DNA of 64,000 nt, taken from NCBI GenBank assembly GCA_040389905.1, contig JAZJZK010000008.1:128001-192000 (forward strand), given 5' to 3'. The notes beneath the pieces are model-generated. The model saw only the letters and a list, made by a program, of their open reading frames with translations. It was not told the DNA's origin and did not search any database. Both the position numbers and the translations under genes were made by a program. Shown piece after piece: positions 39,584-51,300 of this stretch (its first letter is position 1; every line of letters starts with the position of its first letter). The DNA comes from Gemmatimonadota bacterium. GTDB lineage: Bacteria; Gemmatimonadota; Gemmatimonadetes; Gemmatimonadales; Gemmatimonadaceae.

Positions 39584-42500
39584 ATGGCCAACGCAGACAT
39601 CCCGACGGAAAAACCTCCCGCGCCGCCCACGCGGCGCGAGGAGTTCGTGGTGCGCACCAGATTCGTGCAGCCGACGCTCCGGCGGCACATCATCGCGCGC
39701 CCGCGCGTCGATGCGATCGTCGCGCGGGCGATGGAGTATCCGCTCACGGTCGTCAAGGCGGAACCGGGCTACGGGAAGACGACAGCCGTGGCCTCCTGGC
39801 TCGCGGGCTCGGAGCACGCGCAGGTGTGGTACAATGTCGGCGAGACGGAAGCCGACCCGCACGTCTTCCTCCTGCACCTGATTCAGGCCCTGCGCAGCGT
39901 GGGCGGCACAATTGGCACCCGCGCACTCGAGTTGCTCGAACAGGGTGATCGTGCGCCGCGACTCTGGGATTCGACCGTCGATGCACTGAGTAACGACCTC
40001 CTGGACAGCCTCGACCGCAACACGGTGCTCGTGCTCGACGACTACGATCGCGTGAATAGCTCCGAAGTGAATGCGATCATCGGACGGCTCGTGGAGAGCA
40101 TGCCGCCACGCATGCATCTCGTCATCACCGCGCGCCGCATGCCGAGCTTTCGCGGCCGTGCGCGCTGGCGTGCATCGGGAGAAATGCTGGAAGTCTCGCG
40201 CGCCGATCTCGCGTTCACGAGCCATGAGGTGGCGCAGCTTCTCGAACGCCGGCTCGAGCAGCCCCTCTCGCAGGACGTCGCGAGCGCTGTGGCCGCCGAG
40301 ACGGAGGGATGGCCGATCGCACTCCAGATGTTGAGCGACAGCCTCGGCGCATCGCCCGCCGAGGCGCTCGACAGTCTGCTGCAGCGTATCCCTGGCCCGT
40401 CCGAGCTGCTGTTCGACTACCTCGCGGAGGAAGTCTTTCTACGGCAGACCGCGGACGTGCGTCGCTTCCTGGGCGAGTCAGCGCTCCTCCGCCGCCTCGA
40501 CGCCGACACCTGTGATCGCGTGCTCGGCACGACCGACTCGGCGGCCGTTTTGCGATTCCTCGAGGACAGCTCGCTCTTCGTCAGCACACACGGCAGCGTC
40601 CGGTACCACAACCTTTTTCGCGACTTTCTGATGCGTCGCGCGGGAGTGACGGCGGAGCGTCGCACCGAGCTCCACCGCACCGCCGCGGCACACTACCTGT
40701 CTCGTCACGACGACGAAGAAGCGGTGCATCACTTGCTCGCGGCTGGTGATCATGTCAGGGCCGCGGACGTCGTCGCTCGCATTGCGGCGCCAATGGCAGC
40801 AAGCGGACGTCATCAGACACTTCGCGGTTGGCTCGACCAACTTCCGCCGGCGGTGCTCGCGGAGTCCCCAGACCTGCTCTATGCGCTTGCTGAGACATCG
40901 CGCATCGGCTGCCGCTACGCCGAGGCGATTTCGGCGTATGTCAATGCGCGAAGTCGCTATCGCGCGCGTGGTGATCGAACCGGAGAATTAGCGGCCCTTC
41001 GCGGACACGCACTCTGCTTTCTGGATACGGTGCAGCCCGCGCGCGCCGAGCCACTGCTGCGCGAGGCGCTTCGCATGACCTGGGGTGACAAGCCAGCGCG
41101 CCAGCAGATCTATCTGCTGCTGGCGGAGAATCGGTTGAATGCTGGTGACCTGCGGCGCGCCGAGCGGTTGTTTCGCGCGGTGCAGTGGGCAACGAGTCGC
41201 GATCGCGCACCGGTGCTCAATCCGCGCGTGTACGTGCGGACTGGCCGCTTCACACAGGCGCGCGAGCTGATCGAGGCGGGGCTTCGGAGTGAGTCCGACA
41301 AGGATGCCCGGGCACGCCCACCACGTTCGCATCGTGAGGCGGCAGCGCTGCTCGCCTGGACGAACAGCATGATCGGCGCGTCGGACGATGCGCGACAGCA
41401 CGCCGCCGAATCACTCGAGATCGGACAGTTGCTGGGTTCCTCCGTCGTCGAGTGCATCTCGCAGGGGCGTCTGGGCTTGTCGTGGCTCACGGGACACGAC
41501 TACGACCCCGTGCGCGCGGTGAGTTACTTCACCGATGCGTTGCGCATGGCGGAGCGCATCGACGTCCCGCGCTTCAAGGTCGAGCCACTGCTCGGCATGA
41601 CGATTGTGCATGGCCTCGAAGGTGCGGCAGAGCAGGCGGAAGCAACGGGGCGCGAAGCGCTAGCGATTGTGAATGAGACCGGGGATCGCTATGTCCGCGG
41701 AGTCGTTTGCGTCGCGCTCGGTGCCGCGTTGACGAACGTGGGACGGCCCGCCGCAGAAGGCTGGCTGCTCGAAGCGGTTCGACAGGGCATTGAGTGCGGC
41801 GACAAGTTCGTGCAGTGCGTCGCGAGTCTCTGGCTCGCGATTCACTACTCACGCGCGGGTCAATCAACAGCCGCGCGGCAGACCTTTGCTCGAGCGCTCG
41901 AACAGGCGCATGAACACGATTACGGCTTCCTTTTCGAGGGTACGGCTCTCCTCGCACCGAAAAGCCTTGGCGTGATGCGCGGCCTTTTGCGGCGCGCGCA
42001 GGAACATCCCGACGAGGGACCCTACGCACGGTCGCTCTCCGCGCTCATCGATCCATCGTCATCGAGCGCCGCGAGCACCTCGGGCGCCGATACCGTGGCG
42101 ACGGCCGCGCTGTACATCCAGACGCTTGGTCCCTTTCGCGTCTGGCGCAAGGGACAGGAGATCGAGCGTTCCGCGTGGGGTCGCGAGAAAGCATTGCATC
42201 TCCTGCAACTGCTCGTGTGCCGGCGCGAGCGTCCGCTGCACCGAGAGGAGATTCTCGAGGCGTTGTGGAAAGACGGCGTGTCGTCCACCGCGACGACGGG
42301 CCTCCGCGTTGCACTCAGCGCATTGCGAAATGCATTGGAGCCGGAGCGCGAAGCTGGCGTCGACTCGCCGTTCGTCAAGCGGGACGGCGACACGATTCGG
42401 CTTGGTCTCGAGCTTGGTGTTCGTGTGGACGCCGATGAGTTCAGCCGGCTGTTGAAGGCCGCGCGCGCACAGGAAGCGCTCAATGTCGACGAGTCGATTG

Positions 42501-42877
42501 CTCGATACGAGTCGGCGCTCGCGCTGTATCGCGGCGAGTTCCTCGGCGACAACCGGTATGCAGAGTGGGCGGAGTCGGAGCGCCGGGAGCGGCGCCGCGA
42601 ATTCATCGTTGCGGCGGAGCGTCTCACCGCGCTGCTGATCACGGCAGGTGAATTCGAGCGAGCGATTCGGTGGGCGGAGACGATGCTCCAACACGATCCT
42701 CTCTGGGAGCCCGCCTATACCGTGCTGATGGAGGCGTTCTGGCGGCAGGGCAACCGCGCGCTGGCGGTGCGCACGTTCAACCGGTGTCGAAAGCGTCTGA
42801 AGGACGCGCTGGGTGTCGCGCCGTCGAGCAGTACGATTGCACTGCTCGACCGGATTACACAGCAGTCCACGAACTGA
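39584..42877 (+). CDS. MalT-like STAND ATPase transcriptional regulator with TPRs and C-terminal winged-helix/BTAD
   Basis: AEPGYGKT, LVLDDY, TEGWPIAL, YLAEEV, RYHNLF; C-terminal LGPFRV, LYRGEFL, DPLWE. Confidence 0.88.
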   Translation: MANADIPTEKPPAPPTRREEFVVRTRFVQPTLRRHIIARPRVDAIVARAMEYPLTVVKAEPGYGKTTAVASWLAGSEHAQVWYNVGETEADPHVFLLHLIQALRSVGGTIGTRALELLEQGDRAPRLWDSTVDALSNDLLDSLDRNTVLVLDDYDRVNSSEVNAIIGRLVESMPPRMHLVITARRMPSFRGRARWRASGEMLEVSRADLAFTSHEVAQLLERRLEQPLSQDVASAVAAETEGWPIALQMLSDSLGASPAEALDSLLQRIPGPSELLFDYLAEEVFLRQTADVRRFLGESALLRRLDADTCDRVLGTTDSAAVLRFLEDSSLFVSTHGSVRYHNLFRDFLMRRAGVTAERRTELHRTAAAHYLSRHDDEEAVHHLLAAGDHVRAADVVARIAAPMAASGRHQTLRGWLDQLPPAVLAESPDLLYALAETSRIGCRYAEAISAYVNARSRYRARGDRTGELAALRGHALCFLDTVQPARAEPLLREALRMTWGDKPARQQIYLLLAENRLNAGDLRRAERLFRAVQWATSRDRAPVLNPRVYVRTGRFTQARELIEAGLRSESDKDARARPPRSHREAAALLAWTNSMIGASDDARQHAAESLEIGQLLGSSVVECISQGRLGLSWLTGHDYDPVRAVSYFTDALRMAERIDVPRFKVEPLLGMTIVHGLEGAAEQAEATGREALAIVNETGDRYVRGVVCVALGAALTNVGRPAAEGWLLEAVRQGIECGDKFVQCVASLWLAIHYSRAGQSTAARQTFARALEQAHEHDYGFLFEGTALLAPKSLGVMRGLLRRAQEHPDEGPYARSLSALIDPSSSSAASTSGADTVATAALYIQTLGPFRVWRKGQEIERSAWGREKALHLLQLLVCRRERPLHREEILEALWKDGVSSTATTGLRVALSALRNALEPEREAGVDSPFVKRDGDTIRLGLELGVRVDADEFSRLLKAARAQEALNVDESIARYESALALYRGEFLGDNRYAEWAESERRERRREFIVAAERLTALLITAGEFERAIRWAETMLQHDPLWEPAYTVLMEAFWRQGNRALAVRTFNRCRKRLKDALGVAPSSSTIALLDRITQQSTN

Positions 42878-42892
42878 TCAGGGCTCGTAACG

Positions 42893-42972
42893 GCAAGTGC
42901 AGGGCCCTTCGTTTCACTCCCTTTGTCGCTTGCGATCCTCGAGGGCAGGCAGGCGACAAAACGAGCGGAACC
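42893..42972 (+). repeat. REP-like element (degenerate/rearranged)
   Basis: GCAAGTGCAGGGCCCTTCG...GGCGACAAAACGAGCGG. Confidence 0.65.
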
Positions 42973-43019
42973 GCAGATGCAGGCCTTGCCCGTACGGCAA
43001 TGCGATGGATACTTCGCGT

Positions 43020-45995
43020 ATGCAAATACTCCCGACGAGCACCCTCCGCCTTGCCACGCTGCTGCTGTATGCTGCGCCCCTCGCAGGCGCGGTGGCGCAG
43101 CAGCCTGTCGCCGCCGCCCCGCGACCGTTGATCAATGCGCCAGACAATCCGCTGCTGCGCGGATTTCGCTGGCGGTCCATCGGGCCCGTCGGTCAGGGCG
43201 GCCGCATCGACGACATCGCCGTCGATGAAAAGAATCCGTCCACGTACTATATCGGATTCGCCGTCGGCGGGGTTGCGAAGACATCGAATAATGGGACGAC
43301 CTTCGAGCCAATCTTCGATACCTACGGCGCGGCGTCGATCGCCGACATCGCGCTCGCGCCGTCGGACCCGAACGTTGTGTATGTCGCGACGGGTGAGGCG
43401 AACAACCGGCAGACGACGTCGTATGGCGACGGCTTGTACAAGAGCACCGACGCGGGAAAGACATTCACCAATATCGGATTCAGGAACGCGCAGACGCTCG
43501 GACGCGTCATCGTGCATCCGACGAATCCGAATACGGCTTGGATGGCAGTTGGCGGGCACCTCTACGGATCGAACGCCGAGCGTGGCGTGTTCATGACGAC
43601 GGACGGCGGCCGCACCTGGCAGAAGACGCTGTACGTGGACGAGTACACCAGCGCGACGGAAATCATCATCGATCCAGGCAATCCGCAGAACCTGTGGGCG
43701 GCGATGTACCAGCGGCAACGCACTGCGTGGGGATTCAACGGTGGCGGTCCAGGCAGTGGGCTGTACCAGAGCACCGACGGCGGCCGTAAGTGGACGAAGA
43801 CGACCGCGTCCGGACTGCCACGCGGAACGATGGGACGCATTGCGCTGGATATCTGCAGGACGCAGCCAAATGTCATCTACGCGCAGATCGAGGTGACGCC
43901 CGACAAGGAAATGCCCAGCGCGACGCCTCCGGACTCGAACGCGGGTCGCGGTGGTCGCGGTGGACGTGGCGGTGGTGGTGGTGGCGGCCGAGGCGCGCAA
44001 GGCCCGCCGGATCCGCAGAGCTCCGGTATCTGGCGGTCGAACGACAAGGGTCGTTCGTGGGCCTTCGTGTCGAATGAGAATCAGCGACCAATGTACTTCA
44101 GCCAGATTCGCGTGGATCCCAATAATCCGGAAATCGTCTACCTCGGCGGCGTCGGTCCGACGAAGTCGATCGACGGTGGAAAGACGTGGCAGGGCCTCAA
44201 CAACATGGGCCACGTGGACAACCACGCAATCTGGATCGATCCACTGAATAGCCAGCACGTGATGTACGGAAACGACGGCGGCCTCGATGTCTCGTGGGAT
44301 GGCGGCGCCAAGTGGGACGCGGTGCGCATGTGGGCCATGGGCCTCGCCTATCATGTGTCGGCCGATTCGCGTCATCCGTACTTCATCTGCACCGGCCTGC
44401 AAGACAACGGTTCGTGGTGCGGACCGAGCTCGGTACGCGGAACCGAACCGCGGCAGTGGATGTGGTATCGCTCAGGCGGCGGCGACGGCTTCCAGAATCA
44501 GATCGATCCGTCCGACTACAACGTCTACTATACCGAGTCCCAGAACGCGAACATCTCGCGGTATGACCTGAAGACGGGCGAGGTGCGAGGCATCAAGCCG
44601 TCGCTGGGAGGTCGCGGTGGCCGAGGCGGTGGCGGAGGTGGAGCCGCAGCGGAACCAGGAGCGGAAGCGTCGCCCGTCGCCGCGCCCACGGGTGTGAACA
44701 TCACCAATCCGATTGCCGGTGCGACGATCCAGTTCAACTGGAATTCGCCCATCCGTATTTCGTCGTTCAACGCCCAGACGATCTACCTTGGCGGACGCTC
44801 GCTTTTCATCTCGAAGGATCGCGGCAATTCGTGGACGATGACGAAGGAGTTGGGTAAGGGAATCAACCTCTCTGCGCGGCAGATCATGGGTGTGTCCTAC
44901 GCGCTGCCACAATGTGGGCGCCAAGGCGGGCCCGGCGTTGCCTGCATTCTGTCGAAGAATGACGGATACGTCGCGAATGAGTTTGGATCGATGACGGAAC
45001 TTGCAGAGTCGCCGGTGACGCAGGGGCTTCTGTGGGCGGGCACGGACGACGGCAATGTACAACTCAGCAGGGATGGCGGCGCGACGTGGGAAGAAGTCGG
45101 GGCCAACATCCCCGGCGTCAATCATGAGTACTACGTCTCGGGGCTCGAGGCATCGCGTTACGATGCGGGCACGGCGTACGTTGCCCTCGATGGCCACCGC
45201 CACAATGACCTCAAGCCGTACATCTTCAAGACGACCGACTACGGCAAAAGCTGGAGGTCGGTGACGGGGAATCTTCCGGTCGTCGGCAATGTGAATGCGA
45301 TCCGACAGGACCCGGTCAATCGCAACCTGCTCTACGCACCGACGGAACTCGGCTTCTTCGTCTCGCTCGACGATGGAAGGAACTGGAACTCGTTGATGCC
45401 AAACCTTCCGATTGGCCGCACGGACGACGTGCTCGTGCATCCGCGCGAGAACGATCTGATCCTTGCCACCCATTCCCGCAGTGTGTGGATCCTCGATGAC
45501 ATTTCTCCGCTGCAGCGCGCGACGCCCGACATGCTCGACAAGGACGCCGTTGTCTTTCCGGTGCGTGATGCCATCGCGTGGAAAGTGGATCGTCGCGCGT
45601 CAACCGGCGTGCCGGGCGACAGGTGGTGGGCCGGCGAGAATGCGCCGAGAGGCACGGCGATCGCCTATTACCTGAAGAGCGGTGGCGGCGATACCAGGAT
45701 CACCGTCGCCGACGCAACGTCGGGGCAGGAGTTCCGTGTGATGAACACGACGAGTTCGACGGGCCTCAACCGTTGGCAGTGGGATCTGTGCAGTACGCCC
45801 GCGCCACCGGGCGCCGGTGGTGGTGGCGGTCGTGGAGGTGGGGGAGGAGGAGGAGGTGGTGGCGGCGGTGGATGCCAAGGGGGCGGACGGGCGGCGCCGG
45901 TTGGGAGTTATCGCGTGACGGTCACGGTTGGCGGACGCGAGGTCGGTACGCAGACGATCAGGGTGTTGGAAGACACCTGGCTCAACGAGCGCTAG
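43020..45995 (+). CDS. Secreted VPS10/BNR (Asp-box) beta-propeller protein, glycosyl-hydrolase-like
   Basis: Signal peptide; WRSIGP..GGR; many S.D.G.TW Asp-boxes; Gly/Arg-rich inserts; start 43005 or 43020. Confidence 0.85.
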   Translation: MQILPTSTLRLATLLLYAAPLAGAVAQQPVAAAPRPLINAPDNPLLRGFRWRSIGPVGQGGRIDDIAVDEKNPSTYYIGFAVGGVAKTSNNGTTFEPIFDTYGAASIADIALAPSDPNVVYVATGEANNRQTTSYGDGLYKSTDAGKTFTNIGFRNAQTLGRVIVHPTNPNTAWMAVGGHLYGSNAERGVFMTTDGGRTWQKTLYVDEYTSATEIIIDPGNPQNLWAAMYQRQRTAWGFNGGGPGSGLYQSTDGGRKWTKTTASGLPRGTMGRIALDICRTQPNVIYAQIEVTPDKEMPSATPPDSNAGRGGRGGRGGGGGGGRGAQGPPDPQSSGIWRSNDKGRSWAFVSNENQRPMYFSQIRVDPNNPEIVYLGGVGPTKSIDGGKTWQGLNNMGHVDNHAIWIDPLNSQHVMYGNDGGLDVSWDGGAKWDAVRMWAMGLAYHVSADSRHPYFICTGLQDNGSWCGPSSVRGTEPRQWMWYRSGGGDGFQNQIDPSDYNVYYTESQNANISRYDLKTGEVRGIKPSLGGRGGRGGGGGGAAAEPGAEASPVAAPTGVNITNPIAGATIQFNWNSPIRISSFNAQTIYLGGRSLFISKDRGNSWTMTKELGKGINLSARQIMGVSYALPQCGRQGGPGVACILSKNDGYVANEFGSMTELAESPVTQGLLWAGTDDGNVQLSRDGGATWEEVGANIPGVNHEYYVSGLEASRYDAGTAYVALDGHRHNDLKPYIFKTTDYGKSWRSVTGNLPVVGNVNAIRQDPVNRNLLYAPTELGFFVSLDDGRNWNSLMPNLPIGRTDDVLVHPRENDLILATHSRSVWILDDISPLQRATPDMLDKDAVVFPVRDAIAWKVDRRASTGVPGDRWWAGENAPRGTAIAYYLKSGGGDTRITVADATSGQEFRVMNTTSSTGLNRWQWDLCSTPAPPGAGGGGGRGGGGGGGGGGGGGCQGGGRAAPVGSYRVTVTVGGREVGTQTIRVLEDTWLNER

Positions 45996-46630
45996 CCCAC
46001 GCTCCGCAGTGACGCGAGAAACAACTCGACCGCTGCATTGACGACGCGCTCCTCATCGATCGTGATCTCGCGAAGATGGGGAGCGTGTTGCTGCCAGATG
46101 AGCTGAAGCATGAGCCCCGAGACGAGGAGGCGCGCGCCGACCTCGCTGTCCGCATCGGCGCGGAACTCGCCGGCCTCCTTGCCCTCCTCGACGAGCGAGG
46201 CGATCAGTCCCCAGAGTCGCATGGGTCCGGTCCTGAGCCAGCGATGGTGCACGCGAGGCATTTCATGCGCGACGTCGCGCAACAGGACCAGGAATAGCTC
46301 TCCGCGTGTGCGATCGGGATTGGAGAACATGCGCCGCACGAGGAGTCCAATGCGCGCGGATGGCGGCAATGTCTTGTCGCGCAGCACATCCTCGACTCGG
46401 CCGAAGGCCACATCCTGGAAATGTTCGACGACGCCGAGGAGGAGTTCCTCCTTGGTGTCGAAATAGTGGTAGATCGCGCCCTTGGTCACACCCGCCGCCT
46501 CGGCGACGTCATCGAGCCGAGCGGCGCGGTATCCCTTGCGGGCAAAGACGTCGAGGGCGGCTTCGAGCAATTCCTGCGGGCGCTGATCCGGTCGTCGCTC
46601 GCGGCGGAGTGGTTGTGCAGGCCTGGTCAT
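45992..46630 (-). CDS. TetR/AcrR family transcriptional regulator
   Basis: LLEAALDVF..KGY...LDDVA.AAGVTKGAIYHYF.TKEEL. Confidence 0.93.
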   Translation of the reverse strand: MTRPAQPLRRERRPDQRPQELLEAALDVFARKGYRAARLDDVAEAAGVTKGAIYHYFDTKEELLLGVVEHFQDVAFGRVEDVLRDKTLPPSARIGLLVRRMFSNPDRTRGELFLVLLRDVAHEMPRVHHRWLRTGPMRLWGLIASLVEEGKEAGEFRADADSEVGARLLVSGLMLQLIWQQHAPHLREITIDEERVVNAAVELFLASLRSVG

Positions 46631-46668
46631 GGCAGACGGTGTGGGACGGAGGCCGGTGAGTAGCGCAG

Positions 46669-46690
46669 TAACATACCCGTGAGTATGTTA
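46669..46690. promoter_or_regulatory. Putative TetR operator
   Basis: TAACATAC-N6-GTATGTTA inverted repeat in the short divergent gap. Confidence 0.65.
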
Positions 46691-46695
46691 ATCTC

Positions 46696-48285
46696 GTGTC
46701 CGAGGAGAATCAAAGTTCACCGGCAGCCGCCGCCGCGATGCGCCGGGGCGCCGAGCACAAATATCTGATCGCGGCGGCGGTCGTACTCGCGGCGTTGATG
46801 CAGGTGATCGACTCGTCGATCGTCAATGTCGCGCTGCCCGACATGATGGGAAATCTCGGCGCGAACCTCGACGAGATCGCCTGGGTTTCTACGGGCTACA
46901 TACTCGCCAGCGTCGTCGTCATCCCACTGACGGGCTTCCTCGGCGCGTTCTTCGGACGCAAGCGGTACTTCGTCGGCTCGATCGCGACGTTCACGGCTGC
47001 CAGCTTCTTCTGCGGTGCGGCACACTCGCTTGGCGCGCTCATCTTCTGGCGCATTGTCCAGGGGATCGGCGGCGGCGCATTGATGACCGTCTCGCAGGCG
47101 GTCCTGTTCGAGTCCTTTCCTCCAGAGGAGGCGGGCACCGCGATGGCGCTGTTCGGGCTCGGCGTGATGGTGGGGCCGACCATCGGTCCGACGCTGGGCG
47201 GATATCTCGTCGATACGTCAGGCTGGCCGTGGATTTTCTACATCAACATCCCGGTGGGAATCGTCGCGGCGATGATGATCGCGGCGTATGTGCATGACCC
47301 CGCGCACCAAAAGAAGCCGCCGACGATCGACTATCAGGGGATCGCGCTGCTCGTCGTGAGTGTCGGCGCGTTGCAGTACGTGTTGGAGCACGGGCAGCGA
47401 GAGGACTGGCTGGATTCGCGCCTCATCACGAGTCTCGCGGTCGTCGGTGTCGTCGGCTGGCTGGCGCTCATGTGGCGTGAACTCACGACGGACCATCCGG
47501 TCATCGATTTTCGGGTACTCAAACACCGACAGATGTGGGTGGGCACGCTCCTCGGTGTCGTAATGGGCGTCGGGTTGTATGCGATGTCGTTCACGCTGCC
47601 GGTTTTCCTGCAATCGAACCTGCACATGTCTGCGCAACAAACCGGCATGGTGCTGCTGCCGGGGGCGTTGGCAACGGCTATCTCAATGGCAGTGGTCGGC
47701 CGCCTGGCGAACAGATTCGATCCACGGGCGATCATCACGCTTGGTGCGATCCTCTTCGCCGCGGCGGCGTGGCAGTTGTCTCAGATCACCGGTGAGAGTG
47801 GAGCGCGGGACTTCTTCTGGCCCCTGATCGGACGCGGACTCGGGCTGGGCATGATGTTTGTTCCGTTGACGACGATTACGCTCGCCGAGCTTTCACCACG
47901 AGAGCTTCCGCAGGGCGTGGGGCTGTACAGCTTCTTTCGTCAACTCGGCGGATCGTTCGGCATTGCGGGAATCGCGACACTGGTCGCGAAGTACACGGCC
48001 CAATATCGGGCGGTGATCGGCGAGCACCTCTCGGCGAACGATGCTGGATCACTGAACCGGCTCGAGATGCTGACGCGTGGGATGATGGCGCGCGGCGCCG
48101 ACCCTTGGACAGCGCGGCGCCGCGCTCTGGCCATCATGGACCGGCAGCTCCTGGGCCAGGCGAGCGTGGTGGCGTACTCGAGAATCTATGTCATTGCGGC
48201 GGGGTTGATCCTGCTACTGATTCCCCTGTTGTTACTCGTACGGCAGACGTCGCGGGGCCGAGTCGAGCATGCTGTCGTGGAATGA
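46696..48285 (+). CDS. DHA2 family MFS efflux permease (EmrB/QacA)
   Basis: DSSIVNVALP, WVSTGY, GPTIGPTLGG, WPWIFYINIPVG; about 14 TM. Confidence 0.92.
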   Translation: MSEENQSSPAAAAAMRRGAEHKYLIAAAVVLAALMQVIDSSIVNVALPDMMGNLGANLDEIAWVSTGYILASVVVIPLTGFLGAFFGRKRYFVGSIATFTAASFFCGAAHSLGALIFWRIVQGIGGGALMTVSQAVLFESFPPEEAGTAMALFGLGVMVGPTIGPTLGGYLVDTSGWPWIFYINIPVGIVAAMMIAAYVHDPAHQKKPPTIDYQGIALLVVSVGALQYVLEHGQREDWLDSRLITSLAVVGVVGWLALMWRELTTDHPVIDFRVLKHRQMWVGTLLGVVMGVGLYAMSFTLPVFLQSNLHMSAQQTGMVLLPGALATAISMAVVGRLANRFDPRAIITLGAILFAAAAWQLSQITGESGARDFFWPLIGRGLGLGMMFVPLTTITLAELSPRELPQGVGLYSFFRQLGGSFGIAGIATLVAKYTAQYRAVIGEHLSANDAGSLNRLEMLTRGMMARGADPWTARRRALAIMDRQLLGQASVVAYSRIYVIAAGLILLLIPLLLLVRQTSRGRVEHAVVE

Positions 48286-48305
48286 GATGTCGATATTTTG
48301 CAACG

Positions 48306-48349
48306 GCAGGTGCAGGCCCTTCGCTTTGCTCAGGGCGACACAACAAGCG
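48306..48349 (+). repeat. REP-like element (short variant)
   Basis: GCAGGTGCAGGCCCTTCGCTTTGCTCAGGGCGACACAACAAGCG. Confidence 0.8.
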
Positions 48350-48358
48350 TGAGAACTC

Positions 48359-51300
48359 GTGTTCATATCTGATTTCAGTATCCGGCGGCCGATCATCACC
48401 GTCGTGAGCATGATCGCGCTCGTCGCGTTCGGGCTGTCGTCACTCGTGCGGTTGGACACGGACGAATTTCCGGAGCTCGACCAGCCGATCGTCTTCATCG
48501 GCATCCCCTATCCGGGAGCCGCGCCCGACGTGGTCGAGCGAGAAGTCGTCACACGCCTCGAAGACAAGCTCTCCGGTATCAGCGGTGTCGAGAAGCTGAA
48601 TTCGTCAGCGACAGATGGCTTTGCGCGCATCACCGTGCAGTTCATCTACTCGAAAGACGTCAATCAGGCGGTGCAGGACGTTCGCGACGCGATCTCGGCG
48701 GCGCGCGCGCAACTGCCGGCGGACATCATTGAGCCCATCATTGCGCGCTTCGATCCGGCGTCGCTTCCGATCGTCTCGCTGGCGCTGACGTCCGACGTGC
48801 TGACGCCGCCGGAGTTGACGCGGCTCGCGGATGAGCGGATCGCCGGCGAGTTGCGCGCCGTGCCTGGTGTCGCACAGGTCAACGTCGTCGGCGGCGACAG
48901 TGCGCAGCTCAATATCGATGTGCGCCCGGGTGATCTGGCCGCCGCCGGAGTGGGGATCGACCAGATCATCAACGCCGTTCGTGCCCAGAACCTGGCCGCT
49001 CCCGTGGGCCGAGTGAGCTCCAAGCTCGAAGAGCGTTCGATTCGTCTCGATGGACGACTGGAGCAACCAGAAGAGTTCGCCCAGATCGTCATCGCGCAGC
49101 GCGCGGGGCAACTGGTGCGGCTCGGGGAAGTTGCCAGTGTGTCCGCCGGCGCGGCCGAACTCCGCTCGGCGGCGCTGTACAACGGCAAGACCGCGATTGG
49201 TCTCGACGTCGTCAAGTCGCGCGACTACAGCACAACCGGTGTGAGCGACGCTGTGAACGCGCAGATCCAGGCGATTGCCACGACGCTGCCTGCCGGGACG
49301 CGCATCGCCAGCGTGCGGGACGCGGGGACGCGCGTGAGGAACTCGGTTCGCAATGTGGAGGAGACGCTCGTCGAGGGCGCGATGTTGACGGTGCTCGTCG
49401 TCTTCCTCTTCCTCAACTCCTGGCGCTCCACGGTCATTACCGGATTGGCACTACCGGTATCGGTCTTGGCCGCCTTCGCACCGCTCCTCGCGTTCGGCTT
49501 CACGCTGAACGTCATGTCGCTCATGGGTCTGTCACTGGCGATCGGCATCCTCATCGACGATGCGATCGTGGTGCGCGAAAACATCGTGCGCCACGTGGAG
49601 ATGGGGAAAGACCATCTCACGGCAGCGCATGAGGGCACCGATGAAATCGGCCTCGCGGTCACCGCCACGACGTTTTCGATCGTCGCCGTGTTCGTGCCCG
49701 TTGGCTTCATGCCGGGGCTCGCGGGGCAATTGTTCAAGCCGTTTGCGCTCACGATTGCGAGCGCCGTGCTGGTGAGTCTCTTCGTCTCGTTCTCACTCGA
49801 TCCCATGCTATCGGCCTACTGGGCCGATCCGCAGCTCGAGGCACACGAGCGACGCAATCCACTCGCCCGTGCACTCGACCGCTTCAATCAGTGGTTCGAC
49901 CGCCAGGCAGAGCGATACACGCGCGTCGTCGCGTGGGCGCTGGATCATCGGTGGTGGATGGTGTCGATCGCCGCAACGACGTTCGTGGCCGCCATTGCGT
50001 TGCAGGCCATTTTCGGTGGGGTTGGCTTCTCCCCCATCAGCGACAACAGTGAGTTGAACGTCGCGGTGGAGACGCCACCGGGCACGAGCCTCGAAGTCAC
50101 GACCGTGAAGGCCGAAGAAGTCGCGCGCATGGTGCGTGCGCATCCGGAGGTTGCGTACACGTACACCACGGTCGGCTCGACCTCTGGCTCCGGCGCGGTG
50201 GACGCGGCGATCGTCTATGTCCGCATGGTGCCGAAGCACGATCGGAACATCAGTCAGGATGCATTCGGCCAGGTCATTCGCAAGGAAGTCTCGCGTGTGG
50301 GAGGAGCCGTTGCGTACACATTCGCGGCTGGCGGCCTCGGCGGAAACCAGAAGATGATGCAGCTTCAGTTGCAGGGGCCAGACGCTGCCGTGTTGACGCG
50401 CTACGCACAGCAGATCGCCGACTCGGTTCGCACGGTGCCCAGCGCCGTCGACGTGGGCCTCTCGACAAAGGGCCAAAAGCCCGAGCTCAACGTGCGTGCC
50501 AATCGCGGTCTCGCCGCGACGCTCGGCGTGAGTCTCGCACAGCTCGGTTCGTCGCTGCGGTTCGCGTTCGCGGGTGTGGATGCGGGTACGTGGGTCGATG
50601 CGGGCGGTCTTTCGCGCTACGTGCATGTCCGCTTGAGCCCTGAGTCGCGCACGCGCACGAGCGACCTGAATCAGTTGCCGATCATGGTCGGTTCGTCGAG
50701 TGGAACGCCGGCCTTCGTGCCCCTGTCGCAGATCGCCACGGTGACGGCAACGAATGGTCCGGCGCAAATCGATCACTTTCAGCGTCAGCGCGTCGTGACG
50801 ATCGGAGCGAACGTGATCGGCGGATCGGTTGGTACCGTGAACAATCAGGTGATGGAAAAGGTCAACAAGGTGATGTTGCCACCGGGCTACAAGGTCACGC
50901 AGGGAGGACAGGTCGAAAGCCAGAACAAGATGTTCGGCAGCATCTTCACGTCACTGGGTGTGGCGGTCATGCTAATGTACCTGATCCTGGTGGTGCAGTT
51001 CGGATCGTTTCTCGATCCCATGGCGATTCTCGTCTCGCTGCCGTTGTCGCTGATTGGTGTGGTCGCGGCATTGCTGGTCACCGGCGGCACGCTGAACATC
51101 ATGAGCCTCATCGGCGTGATGATGCTGATGGGGATCGTCGCCAAGAATGCGATCCTGCTCATCGACTTCGCGAAGTGGACGCACGAGAAGGAAGGCCTCC
51201 CGCTCCGCGACGCGCTGATCGAGGCTGGGCGCATCCGACTGCGCCCGATCATGATGACGACACTGGCGCTCGTCGCCGGTATGGTGCCCGTGGCACTTGG

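Noticed and set aside
42897..43004. Upstream start of the BNR protein ORF
   Set aside because: Reads through a REP element; the signal peptide starts at 43005-43020
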